Shown: piece by piece, positions 1 to 8,529 of the stretch
How positions within the stretch are numbered: position 1 is the stretch's first letter
Layout of the letters: each line of letters begins with the position of its first letter
From: Myxococcota bacterium
GTDB taxonomy: Bacteria; Myxococcota_A; UBA796; CAJQPC01
Assembly (NCBI GenBank): GCA_023150845.1
Contig: JAKLKD010000013.1
Span: 3,896-67,895, forward strand
Direction: 5' to 3'
DNA: 64,000 nt
The notes under the pieces: generated by a model
Database searches by the model: none
What the model saw: only the letters and a program-made list of their open reading frames with translations
What the model was told of the DNA's origin: nothing
Translations under genes and position numbers: made by a program

Positions 1-422
1 TCGACATGTTCGACTGCGTCATCCAGACCCGCCACGCGCGCAGCGGCATGTTCTACACGCGTAAGGGCCGGATGCGCATCACCGACGCCCGCTTCCGCAA
101 GGACATGTACCCCCCCGACACCTCCTGCGGCTGCTACACCTGCCGCAACTTCACCCGGGCGTACATCCACCACCTCTTCCGCGTGGGTGAGGTGCTCGGC
201 GCCACCTTGGCGACCCTGCACAACATCCACTTCTTCGCCACCTTCATGGACGAGATGCGGCAGTCCATCGTCGAGGGGCGCTTCGAGGCCTTCCGGAAGG
301 AGGTCCACGCCACCTGGGAAGAGAAGCCCCAGGCGAACAGCGTGCGCCCGGCCAAGCCCGGCAAGCCCCACAAGCGGGCGAAGGGTGAGGCCATAGACGA
401 CGACGACAGCTTCGGCGGCTGA
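1..422 (+). CDS. tgt: queuine tRNA-ribosyltransferase (tRNA-guanine transglycosylase), C-terminal part; the 5' end lies outside the window
   Basis: The translation ...DCVIQTRHARSG...DTSCGCYTCRNFTRAYIHHLFRVGEVLGATLATLHNIHFF... carries the CxCxxC...H zinc motif and the Tgt C-terminal block. The frame is open to the window edge. Confidence 0.9.
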   Translation, partial: DMFDCVIQTRHARSGMFYTRKGRMRITDARFRKDMYPPDTSCGCYTCRNFTRAYIHHLFRVGEVLGATLATLHNIHFFATFMDEMRQSIVEGRFEAFRKEVHATWEEKPQANSVRPAKPGKPHKRAKGEAIDDDDSFGG

Positions 423-446
423 GGTCAGGCCCGCGAGGGTGGGGCA

Positions 447-463
447 TTGAAAGTGATTTTCAA
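447..463. promoter_or_regulatory. AT-rich inverted repeat TTGAAA-GTGAT-TTTCAA, candidate operator upstream of the rubrerythrin gene
   Basis: Two 6-nt arms are perfectly complementary with a 5-nt spacer. It sits in a short AT-rich patch of an otherwise ~70% GC intergenic region, ~110 bp upstream of the ATG at 575. Confidence 0.3.
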
Positions 464-574
464 GAAGACTCCCTCCCTTGCGGCGAGGGGGTCCGGGGTT
501 TAGAACGGATCTGAACGGCGCTCTGTGTTTACAGACCGTTCACAGTCTGTATATCCCCTGTGGAGATCGCACCC

Positions 575-991
<417 letters not shown>

Positions 992-1063
992 TCCGCTGAG
1001 CTGACCGCGAGGGCGTGGGTCGGCCATCGGCCCGCCCACGCCGCCTCTCCCGAAGGAGCCTGT

Positions 1064-1651
1064 ATGCGCCCGGTGACCCTCGACGAGCTCCTCCCCCGCG
1101 AACGATTCATCGACGCCCGCCCGGCGCTCCAGCAGCAGCTCATCCGGGTGAAGGCGAACCGCCGCGTCGTGCTCGGTGAGCACCTCACCTTGCTGTTCGA
1201 GAACCGCGAGACCGTGCGCTGGCAGGTCCAGGAGATGTGCCGGGTCGAGCACATCGTGAAGCCCGACGCCGTGCAGTCCGAGCTCGACGCCTACAACCCG
1301 CTCCTGCCTGGGCCCGACGAGCTGAGCGCCACCCTGCTCATCGAGTACCCCGACGCCGACGAGCGCAAAGAGATGCTCGTGCGTCTAAGCGGCCTGCACC
1401 GGCACCTCCACCTGGAGATCTCCGGCGCGGCGCCTTGTCCGGCGCGTTTTGAGGACGGCCGGGAGCGTGAGGACGGCAAGCTCAGCTCGGTGCAGTTCGT
1501 GCGATTCAGCCTCAACGCCGAGCAGCGCGCGGCCTTCATGGACCTCAGCCGCCCGGCGCGCCTCGTCGTCGATCACCCGGTCTACGCCGCGGCGACGGCC
1601 TTAGACGGCGGCCAGCGCGGCGCGATGATTGAGGATCTCCTCACGTCCTGA
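1064..1651 (+). CDS. DUF3501 family protein
   Basis: The 195-aa ORF reads ...[24 protein letters not shown]...[11 protein letters not shown]..., which matches the DUF3501 pattern. This family often follows rubrerythrin genes. Confidence 0.65.
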   Translation: MRPVTLDELLPRERFIDARPALQQQLIRVKANRRVVLGEHLTLLFENRETVRWQVQEMCRVEHIVKPDAVQSELDAYNPLLPGPDELSATLLIEYPDADERKEMLVRLSGLHRHLHLEISGAAPCPARFEDGREREDGKLSSVQFVRFSLNAEQRAAFMDLSRPARLVVDHPVYAAATALDGGQRGAMIEDLLTS

Positions 1652-1656
1652 GGGGC

Positions 1657-2052
1657 TCAGCCCTCGTCCGGCTCGCCCTGGTTACGCATGTGGTTCGCCA
1701 CGTTGTAGAGGGCCTGGTCGAGCTGCGCGCGCAGCGTGTCGTCCTGGGCGACCTCGGCCAGGGCCTTGCGCATACAGCCCATCCAGGCGTCCCGGGCGGC
1801 GGCGTCAATCGCGAAGGGCAGGTGGCGCATACGCAGCCGGGGGTGGCCGTGGCGCTCCCAGTAGAGGTTCGGGCCGCCGAGCCAGCCGCTCAAGAACTCA
1901 AAGAGGCGCTGCTGGGCCCGGGCGAGGTCCTCGGGGTGCATCCGGCGGATCGTCGCCGCCTCGGCGTCCTCGTCCATGTGCTCGTAGAAGCGCTCGACGA
2001 GCTGCCGCACGGCCTCTTCGCCGCCGAGGGCCTCGTAGGGGGTGATCGACAT
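1657..2052 (-). CDS. group II truncated haemoglobin
   Basis: The translation is MSITPYEALGGEEAVRQLVERFYEHMD...FLSGWLGGPNLYWERHGHPRLRMRHLPFAIDAAARDAWMGCM, typical of GlbO-type trHb. I chose the start at the internal Met (2052); the ORF is open to 2100. Confidence 0.8.
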   Translation of the reverse strand: MSITPYEALGGEEAVRQLVERFYEHMDEDAEAATIRRMHPEDLARAQQRLFEFLSGWLGGPNLYWERHGHPRLRMRHLPFAIDAAARDAWMGCMRKALAEVAQDDTLRAQLDQALYNVANHMRNQGEPDEG

Positions 2053-2123
2053 CGGGACGCGCCTCCGGGTTGAGGGCCTTGTGCTATCCTGGGGGCGCAT
2101 CCCGCTCCATCCAGGAAGGACCC

Positions 2124-2336
2124 ATGAGCTCTGAAGAGCGCCCCGCCCAGCCGCCCGAGCCCTCCCTCAGCCAGCTCCCGCAGCAGCGTGGGCTGATGCG
2201 GGAGTTCATGGACTTCATCGTCCATGAGAAGGCGTGGTGGATGACGCCGATCATCGTCGTGCTCGTCGCCATGGTGGCCTTCATCCTCTGGGCCGAGGCG
2301 AGCCCCGTGCTGCCCTTCATCTACACCGTCTTCTGA
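2124..2336 (+). CDS. small membrane protein, DUF5989-like
   Basis: An AGGAAGGA RBS precedes the ATG at 2124. The C-terminus ...FIVHEKAWWMTPIIVVLVAMVAFILWAEASPVLPFIYTVF matches the DUF5989 signature (KKWWLLPII...APFIYTLF). Confidence 0.6.
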   Translation: MSSEERPAQPPEPSLSQLPQQRGLMREFMDFIVHEKAWWMTPIIVVLVAMVAFILWAEASPVLPFIYTVF

Positions 2337-2920
2337 GCCCGACGCGCGGGCGAAGGTGCGGTCCGACGCTGGCTCGGCTCGCCGACGAAGTGCCGGATGA
2401 CCCGCTGCTTGGCGCGGTTGAGGTACTCGCGGGGCACCTTGTGGCGCTCGGCGACCTCACCGTCGGTGCCGCCGCCGTGGAGCTGATCCAGGACGGCGGC
2501 GCTGATGCGGTCGGACTGGGGCGGGCTCGTCTCCTGAGCCGCCTCCCGCACGATGCGCTCGAGGTCGCGGCGCAGGGCCAAGGAGAGGGTCTGCGCGGCC
2601 TCCAGGCCGAGGCTCACGTCGTCCTCGTGCACAAAGCCGCGCTCGGCGCTGAACGAGCGGCGGCGCACGGTGCCGCGGGCGGCGCGCCAGGCCACACGCT
2701 TGAGGAGGCCGAAGAGCTTCTTCGGGTTCTTGGGGTCGTACACCAACAAGAAGGTCGTGGGGTTCATCACCATCGCGAGGCTCACCGCGCTCACCGCGTC
2801 CTCGGCGTGCCCGCAGCAGAGGCCGGGGAAGCTGCGCTGGACGTGGCGCAGCAGCTTGGGCTGGGCTACGATGAAGGCGTTGAGGACAGGGTTGAGGGCG
2901 GCGTTGAGGCTCGGGGGCAT
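2321..2920 (-). CDS. divergent sigma-70 family (ECF-like) sigma factor
   Basis: The 199-aa product has a region-2-like block (HAEDAVSAVSLAMV...LFGLLKRVAWRAARGTVRRR) and a region-4-like HTH (GEVAERHKVPREYLNRAKQRVIRH). A GGAG RBS is present. The match is weak and made by eye only. Confidence 0.5.
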   Translation of the reverse strand: MPPSLNAALNPVLNAFIVAQPKLLRHVQRSFPGLCCGHAEDAVSAVSLAMVMNPTTFLLVYDPKNPKKLFGLLKRVAWRAARGTVRRRSFSAERGFVHEDDVSLGLEAAQTLSLALRRDLERIVREAAQETSPPQSDRISAAVLDQLHGGGTDGEVAERHKVPREYLNRAKQRVIRHFVGEPSQRRTAPSPARRAQKTV

Positions 2921-2953
2921 GGTGGTCGCTCCGTGAGGTTCGCCACCCCAAAG

Positions 2954-2969
2954 AGCAAGGCCCGTGCCA
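2954..2969 (-). promoter_or_regulatory. sigma-54 (-24/-12) promoter TGGCACGGGCCTTGCT driving the ECF-like sigma gene
   Basis: The minus strand reads TGGCAC-GGGCC-TTGCT. This is an exact fit to TGGCAC-N5-TTGCW with 10 nt between GG and GC. The predicted TSS is near 2944, about 24 nt before the ATG at 2920. Confidence 0.7.
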
Positions 2970-3040
2970 TTCCCAACTCTCGCCTAAACCTCCTGGGAAG
3001 CTCATCCAGGGGGGTGAAGCGGCCCCCGCCGGAGCGTGCC

Positions 3041-3060
3041 CGTCGTACTTAAGTACGACG
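3041..3060. promoter_or_regulatory. perfect 20-bp palindrome CGTCGTACTTAAGTACGACG, candidate enhancer (UAS) site
   Basis: The sequence is a perfect reverse-complement of itself. A third half-site AAGTACGA recurs at 3070-3077. The centre lies ~83 bp upstream of the -24 element and overlaps the stop codon of the enhancer-binding protein gene. Confidence 0.45.
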
Positions 3061-4821
3061 ACCGTAAGTAAGTACGAGCTTGAGCTCCTTCGTCAGCTCG
3101 TCCACGAAGGTGGCGGCCGCCGCGAGGCGTTTGCTGTGGTTGCCCTGCAGGACCGCCTTGTCCTCTTTCAGGGCCCGGAAACCCTCGGCCTTCCCCAGCC
3201 GCGCCGTGGCCTCCAGCACGACCAGCTCTCGGAAGACCTTCGCGTGCTCCAAGGTGAGCCGCGGCTCCTCGCCGCGCCGCCAGCGGCCCTCGGCCTCATC
3301 CACGAAGGCCACGACGGCGCGCTGGAGCAGGCTCCACCAGTCCTCGGCCGCGGGGCTCGGCGCGGTGGGCAGGCGGCGGCGGCTGTCTTCGGCGATGGCG
3401 AGGCGCAGGTCCTCGGCCTCGACGACGAGGTCCGCGACCCCGCCCGGGGCGCGCGCCACGGCGCGGATACACGCCCGGCGCACGGTCTGGTCAAGCTGGC
3501 GCAGGTTGCCCGGCCAGTCGAGGCCCGCGAGCGCGGCGACGGCGTCGGGGTGGACGGTGATCGGCGGCAGGCCGTTCTGGCTGGCGAAGCGCCGCGCCAT
3601 GTACTCGGCCCAGCGGGGGAGCTCATCGCCGCGCTGGTCGAGGCCCGGCACGGCGACGGTGAGGCCGCTGAGGCGCTGGAAGAGGTCCCCGCGGAGCTTG
3701 CCCTGCTCAACGAGGGCCCAGAGATCGACGTGGGAGCCGAAGATGAACCGCACGTCGAGGGCGCGCTCGCTGCGGCCGTCGTCGCCGAGGCGGCGGTAGC
3801 TCTGGCGCTCCAAGACGCCCAGGAGCACGGTCTGGGCGCGGGGTGAGAGCGCGTCGATGTCGTCGATGAACAGGGTGCCGCCTTGGGCCCGGGCGAAGGC
3901 GCCGTCGCGGTCGCGGTCAGCCCCGGTGAAGGCGCCGCGGACGTGCCCGAGCAGGGTGGAGTCGAGGAGCTCGTCGGGCACCGCGAGCAAAGACAGGGCC
4001 TCAAAGGGCTGGGAGGAGCGCGGGGAGCGCTCGTGGGCCCAGCGCGCCAGGGTGGTCTTGCCGACCCCGGACGGCCCGGTGAGCAGGAGCGGCTCCTTGT
4101 ACCGGGCGAAGCTCAGGAGGCGGTTGGCGACGCCGCGCATGGTGTCGCCGAGCACGGGCAGCTCGACGCTGTGGCTCAGGCTCGGGTCGCCGAGCACCCG
4201 CAGCCGGAGGAGCCCCGGCGCGGCCTCGTCGATGAGGCGCTGCAGGCGCCGCGCCCAGGCGCCGAGGGGCTCGGCGGCGGTGTCGATGGCCTGGAGGCAG
4301 CGCAGCTCGACGGTGATCACGCCGAGCACCCGCCGCCCGGCCTCCCGGAGCGGGAACGCGAGCACGTGGGAGGCCTCACGCCCCTGGAGCAGCCGCCGGG
4401 ACATCGCCGGGAGCGCGCCGGTGGCCCGGAGGTTCACCCGCTCGCCGGGGCCGCCGACGAGCTCCAGGTGCCCGGCGGCGACGTCGACGAGCACCGGGAG
4501 CCCGGCGCGCTGCACGAGGGCCCGGGTGGTGCCCGAGGTGCTGAGGTTCGCCAGGGCCTCCCCGTCGGGGCGCTGGTTGGGCTCGTGCAAGAGCACCCCG
4601 CGGGCGTCCATGCCCTCGCCGAACTGGATCAGCGCGCGCAGGGCCTTGGCGCTGCTCAGGGGGCCGGTGGTCGCCTCGCTGACGCAGAGCTCGACGGTGA
4701 GGAGGAGGGTCTTGAGCAGGGCGTGGGCGCCTTGTTCGTAGTTCGTGGCGCGGTCTAGCTCATCATTCAGGGTCATCCAGCGGTCTCCGGCGAGGGTCTG
4801 CCAAGCAAGCTCAACGCTCAT
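3049..4821 (-). CDS. sigma-54-dependent transcriptional activator (bEBP) with an N-terminal GAF-like sensor
   Basis: The AAA+ sigma-54 interaction domain is present: LLLTGPSGVGKTTLARWAH (Walker A), HVRGAFTGA (GAFTGA loop), GGTLFIDDIDAL (Walker B). An AAGGAGG RBS lies 6 nt before the ATG at 4821; the ORF is open to 4905. Confidence 0.85.
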   Translation of the reverse strand: MSVELAWQTLAGDRWMTLNDELDRATNYEQGAHALLKTLLLTVELCVSEATTGPLSSAKALRALIQFGEGMDARGVLLHEPNQRPDGEALANLSTSGTTRALVQRAGLPVLVDVAAGHLELVGGPGERVNLRATGALPAMSRRLLQGREASHVLAFPLREAGRRVLGVITVELRCLQAIDTAAEPLGAWARRLQRLIDEAAPGLLRLRVLGDPSLSHSVELPVLGDTMRGVANRLLSFARYKEPLLLTGPSGVGKTTLARWAHERSPRSSQPFEALSLLAVPDELLDSTLLGHVRGAFTGADRDRDGAFARAQGGTLFIDDIDALSPRAQTVLLGVLERQSYRRLGDDGRSERALDVRFIFGSHVDLWALVEQGKLRGDLFQRLSGLTVAVPGLDQRGDELPRWAEYMARRFASQNGLPPITVHPDAVAALAGLDWPGNLRQLDQTVRRACIRAVARAPGGVADLVVEAEDLRLAIAEDSRRRLPTAPSPAAEDWWSLLQRAVVAFVDEAEGRWRRGEEPRLTLEHAKVFRELVVLEATARLGKAEGFRALKEDKAVLQGNHSKRLAAAATFVDELTKELKLVLTYGRRT

Positions 4822-4933
4822 CTCCAACCTCCTTACATCGCTCAATGGCGCGAGCCCACCGCCGTGTGATCCCAGACAGGCCACACACCCACGGGCCCCC
4901 GCCACCCGCGGCTATGCTCGGCGTGGAGGTTCT

Positions 4934-5260
4934 ATGCGCCACGCGCTCCCCATCGTTGTGCTCGTCTCCCTGCTCACCGCCGCCTGCGGCGAGAAGGAGC
5001 CCGACGACACCGCCGACACCACCACGCCGAGCCCCCTGGCCTGCGGCGAGCTGACCTGCGACGGCAACACCGAGTACTGCTACTCCTTCGTCGGCGGCCA
5101 GCCCGACACCGACGGCGAAGACCCGCCCACCTGCGAGCCATTGCCCGAGGCCTGCATCGGCGAGGTGACCTGCGCCTGCCTGGAGGCGGCGAACCCCGAC
5201 ACCTCCGGCTTCTGTGAGGAGGTTGAGGGGGGGCTCTGGGTGAGCATCGCGGCGCCTTAG
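4934..5260 (+). CDS. small Cys-rich lipoprotein
   Basis: A GGAGG RBS precedes the start. The signal plus lipobox is MRHALPIVVLVSLLTAAC. The mature part has 8 further Cys residues and an acidic linker. Confidence 0.6.
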   Translation: MRHALPIVVLVSLLTAACGEKEPDDTADTTTPSPLACGELTCDGNTEYCYSFVGGQPDTDGEDPPTCEPLPEACIGEVTCACLEAANPDTSGFCEEVEGGLWVSIAAP

Positions 5261-5751
5261 GGTTCGTGTGACCAACGCGCGTTGAACAGCGCGGCGCGAA
5301 GCCTCAGCCCGCCGAGGGGGCTGAGCAGGGCGTCGATCGTCAAGGGACGCCCCAACACCGTCAAGGGTGCGGGCGAGCGATCATCACTACAGTCCAATGA
5401 CAGCGTGCCCGCTTGGTCACCCGCGACCGTCATCAAGACGTACATCTCACACCCCAAGTTCACGATGCGCATCCCGTGGACGGCCGGACCCTCGGGTAGC
5501 TCATCCGGGTCGAGGTCCTCCTGCACGAGCGTGAGGTGACCGTCTTGGGTCACAAACTCCTCCGCGACGCAGGGTTGCTGCCAGCCCTCCAGCCAAGAGA
5601 GCGGCGGCACGGAGAGGCCGTCCCACATCGTGGCCCCCTCGCTGACGCCTTTGGAGATCAGCGCCTCCCGGTACGCCTTGGGGAGCGTCACCCCGTGGAG
5701 ACGCTCAAACAACACCAGGTGCTCCTGGGTATACCGATAGAGCGCGCTCAT
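5257..5751 (-). CDS. SMI1/KNR4 (SUKH-type) family protein
   Basis: The translation MSALYRYTQEHLVLFERLHGVTLPKAYREALISKG... has the SUKH N-terminal pattern (..LP..Y..FL). I chose the start at the internal Met; the ORF is open to 5838. Confidence 0.55.
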   Translation of the reverse strand: MSALYRYTQEHLVLFERLHGVTLPKAYREALISKGVSEGATMWDGLSVPPLSWLEGWQQPCVAEEFVTQDGHLTLVQEDLDPDELPEGPAVHGMRIVNLGCEMYVLMTVAGDQAGTLSLDCSDDRSPAPLTVLGRPLTIDALLSPLGGLRLRAALFNARWSHEP

Positions 5752-5865
5752 GCCGAGCCTCGCGGCGTTCTCGACGGGGGCACAACGTGGCTGAAGTAGA
5801 TGAGGGGGGATTGGCATAGCTTGTTGAGCGCGCCACACCGTGGGCGTCTGTATCAGATCGTTGGT

Positions 5866-6252
5866 TTATGGCCCGACTCTGTAGGTGTTGGTCTTGGCAT
5901 CATAGGTGATCTCCGGGTAGTTTGGCTCAGTCCTCGTGATCTCGGCGGCCACGCCGATGCCCACGAGGAAGAACACCTCAGGCTGGTAGTCCGTGAAGAC
6001 GGGCTCTACTTGTGAGATCTCCAAGCGGCCCAACATGGGGCCAGCGCGGAGAAACCCTCTCTCCAGGCGCGCTGGGCCGTCGTCAAAGCTTCGCGCTGTC
6101 CAGCAAAGCTCAAAGGCTGGGCCAGGCGTCCATCGATAGTGGACCCTCATGATTAGGCCCCAGGAGGTACGGCGGAGACGATAGGTGAAGCTTCCTTGAT
6201 TCATCTCGGCGCCTTCGTCGGGATGGTGCTCAGCCTTGTAGGCCAAGCTCAC
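5866..6252 (-). CDS. hypothetical protein
   Basis: This 128-aa ORF lies in a lower-GC stretch and has protein-like composition. I recognised no family. Confidence 0.4.
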   Translation of the reverse strand: MSLAYKAEHHPDEGAEMNQGSFTYRLRRTSWGLIMRVHYRWTPGPAFELCWTARSFDDGPARLERGFLRAGPMLGRLEISQVEPVFTDYQPEVFFLVGIGVAAEITRTEPNYPEITYDAKTNTYRVGP

Positions 6253-6348
6253 GGTCAGCTCGGCGAGGTCAGCCTCCGCGGACGCTCCGCAAGGTCAGTC
6301 AGACGCGGGATCGTAGCATGACGAGCGTGTCCTCGCGCCGCTGACATC

Positions 6349-6531
6349 TCACCGCCTCCCCTTCGGCCCTCGGCCCCGCGGCGCCGCCGTAACTCCCCTC
6401 GGAGTCACGCCCCCAACCCCCGTCGGCGGCGCCACCTCCCGCCACTCCCCCGGCGGGAGCTCGTCGAGGGTGTACGGCCCAATCGCCGCCCGGATGAGGC
6501 GCAGGGTGGGGTGCCCCACGGCCGCGGTCAT
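6349..6531 (-). pseudogene. duplicated 3' fragment of rluE (pseudouridine synthase C-terminus)
   Basis: The translation [38 protein letters not shown] is nearly identical to the C-terminus of the intact gene at 9430-9993. The nucleotide repeat 6420-6555 matches 9453-9588. Confidence 0.8.
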
Positions 6532-6842
6532 GCGGCGGACCTGGCGGTCGCGGCGCCTGCCGAGGGCGCGCTCGAAGAGGAGTTGTCTTCAGCCTCCGCA
6601 GAGCAGCTCACCAAGACCCTCGGGTTAAACTCGTCCGAGGCCGCGACCGGGCCGCCGAGAAGCGGCGCGGCGACCGCCAAGGCCAAGAGCGATCGGAGGG
6701 CGCAGGACTTCCCCTCACCGACGATCCCGGCGCCGCGCGTGGGCGAGCACACGCCAGGACGGATGTGACTCATCCTCGCCTCAAGATCTTTGGTTGAGTC
6801 TAGCTCAGACGTGCGGGGCAGCACACGTAGTACCGAGAACAT
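6528..6842 (-). pseudogene. truncated DUF4279-like gene remnant
   Basis: Only the first ~35 aa (MFSVLRVLPRTSELDSTKDLEARMSHIRPG) parallel the N-terminus of the neighbouring gene (MMSVLRVNSTTSDLDSLKVIREMLNDIRPD). The frame then runs into the rluE fragment. Confidence 0.5.
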
Positions 6843-6924
6843 GAAGGCCCCTTGGCTGTCGTGGGTTGTAGCGCGATGGCGCTGCGGCGCCGTCCAGGCC
6901 TCCCCGGAGCATGGGGCTCCGCGT

Positions 6925-7350
6925 TTATGGCGACCTCCGAGCCGACTTGGGCTTCTGTCGGCTGAAGCTCACCTTTGTTGGGCCGTAAAACGAGATCTCG
7001 AACTCGATGTTCATCTTCGATAGAACACCCATAAACTTGGGATCCGTAATCAAACACATCACCACGGCGTTCTCCCTCCAATCGTCATTCGTCACGCCCA
7101 CGTCAATCCTCGCCTCCATACCCTTCGCAGCAAATGTCTCTATCACGGGTGAAAACTCTTCCAGAAAACGTAGAATCTCGGTTTGCTGGTGATGCCATAG
7201 CCTTTCATCGCTGATACAGCAGGTGAGCCCTCTATGGAGGGGGCGCCCGGAAACACAAGCGTCAGGACGAATATCATTCAGCATCTCCCGAATCACCTTG
7301 AGGGAGTCCAAGTCGGACGTGGTGCTGTTCACTCGAAGAACGGACATCAT
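6925..7350 (-). CDS. DUF4279-like protein (family common in immunity-gene islands)
   Basis: An AAGGAGG RBS lies 5 nt before the ATG at 7350. The 141-aa product lies in locally low GC. The N-terminal LRV..t.sDLD...I pattern is typical of DUF4279. Confidence 0.55.
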   Translation of the reverse strand: MMSVLRVNSTTSDLDSLKVIREMLNDIRPDACVSGRPLHRGLTCCISDERLWHHQQTEILRFLEEFSPVIETFAAKGMEARIDVGVTNDDWRENAVVMCLITDPKFMGVLSKMNIEFEISFYGPTKVSFSRQKPKSARRSP

Positions 7351-7418
7351 TGATGCCTCCTTGACCGTCGTGGGTTGTAACGCGATGGCGCCGCGGCGCC
7401 GGGGGTGAAGTGGCTGGG

Positions 7419-8357
7419 CTACTGAACGAGCAGGATCCAGTTTCGCCCCTCTCCGACCACCTGGGCGATGATTCGGCCATCGTCGAGGGGGCATACGCGG
7501 CTAACCTGGGGCAGGGTCACATACATACACTGCTCATTCCCAAATCCCCAGGGGAAGCGGTTGGCCTCCCGGCATACTCCGAACGGATCGTAGTTGACCT
7601 CAAGGAGCTTCACATACCGCCAGCGGCTCTCCTCCAGAGGGAGCGTGGCGATCAAGAGGCCCGCCTCGGTGTCGTCTCGTTGCACCCCGAACACGACCTT
7701 GTCGGGCAGCGTGTGCGCTGTCTCTACGTAGGTGTCCCTCCAGAGCTGCTCATGCGCGGCCTTCACACGATATCGGCTCCGCTCGGGCGCCCCGGTCGCG
7801 AGGGCTTTCTTCAAGGAATCTACGTTAAAGTAGGGTGCGTACAGGACAGGGGCGGCCTCATCGCCCACCACGTCGGCCACGTCGGGCCAATGGCTTATCT
7901 CACAGCGGGTCCCCTCAGAATCACAGAGCACATAAACATTGTCACCGCTCAGGATCGGCGCGAGGTGGACGCTCGATACGCCGTTCTGCAGGGCGAAGAA
8001 CTTTCGCACATGGGATGCGTTCTCGATGGGGTATTCGGTCTTTACGTCGCCCCTGAGCACGACCATCCGTGAGTCGTAGACCATGTGGACCCCGTTGGGG
8101 TAGCGCTGCATGTAGGAGGGCTTCTCTGCGCTTGACTCCTGCGGCCACTCGGGGCTGAAGCCCATCCCTCTCGCGTGCGCGGTCGGCTCTCCGGGGTCGA
8201 GCTCGTACTCCCACATGTACCCGTCTACATTGTAGAGGGTGAAGCCGTTGGGGCTGCAAGAGATCGGCTCATAGCGGCGCGACTTGTAGAGCTGCACCAC
8301 ATCATCACCGCAGGCGCAGCACCACAACATCGTAAAGACGGCCAAGCGGCGGATCAT
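7419..8357 (-). CDS. hypothetical lipoprotein
   Basis: The signal plus lipobox is MIRRLAVFTMLWCCAC. The 312-aa product matches no family I recognise. Confidence 0.55.
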   Translation of the reverse strand: MIRRLAVFTMLWCCACGDDVVQLYKSRRYEPISCSPNGFTLYNVDGYMWEYELDPGEPTAHARGMGFSPEWPQESSAEKPSYMQRYPNGVHMVYDSRMVVLRGDVKTEYPIENASHVRKFFALQNGVSSVHLAPILSGDNVYVLCDSEGTRCEISHWPDVADVVGDEAAPVLYAPYFNVDSLKKALATGAPERSRYRVKAAHEQLWRDTYVETAHTLPDKVVFGVQRDDTEAGLLIATLPLEESRWRYVKLLEVNYDPFGVCREANRFPWGFGNEQCMYVTLPQVSRVCPLDDGRIIAQVVGEGRNWILLVQ

Positions 8358-8529
8358 CGCGGCACCTGCGGGGTTCTGCGGTCGGGGACGCGGAGCCCCG
8401 GCGCGGGTGGGGAGCGCGGCGTCGTGGAGCGGACGGAGGCAGTGGCCGCCGGAGCGCCAGGCGATGAGCGGGGTGGTGGTCATCGTCCGGTACAAGTCGG
8501 AGAGGAGGTTCACGGTTCAGCCTCCGGGC

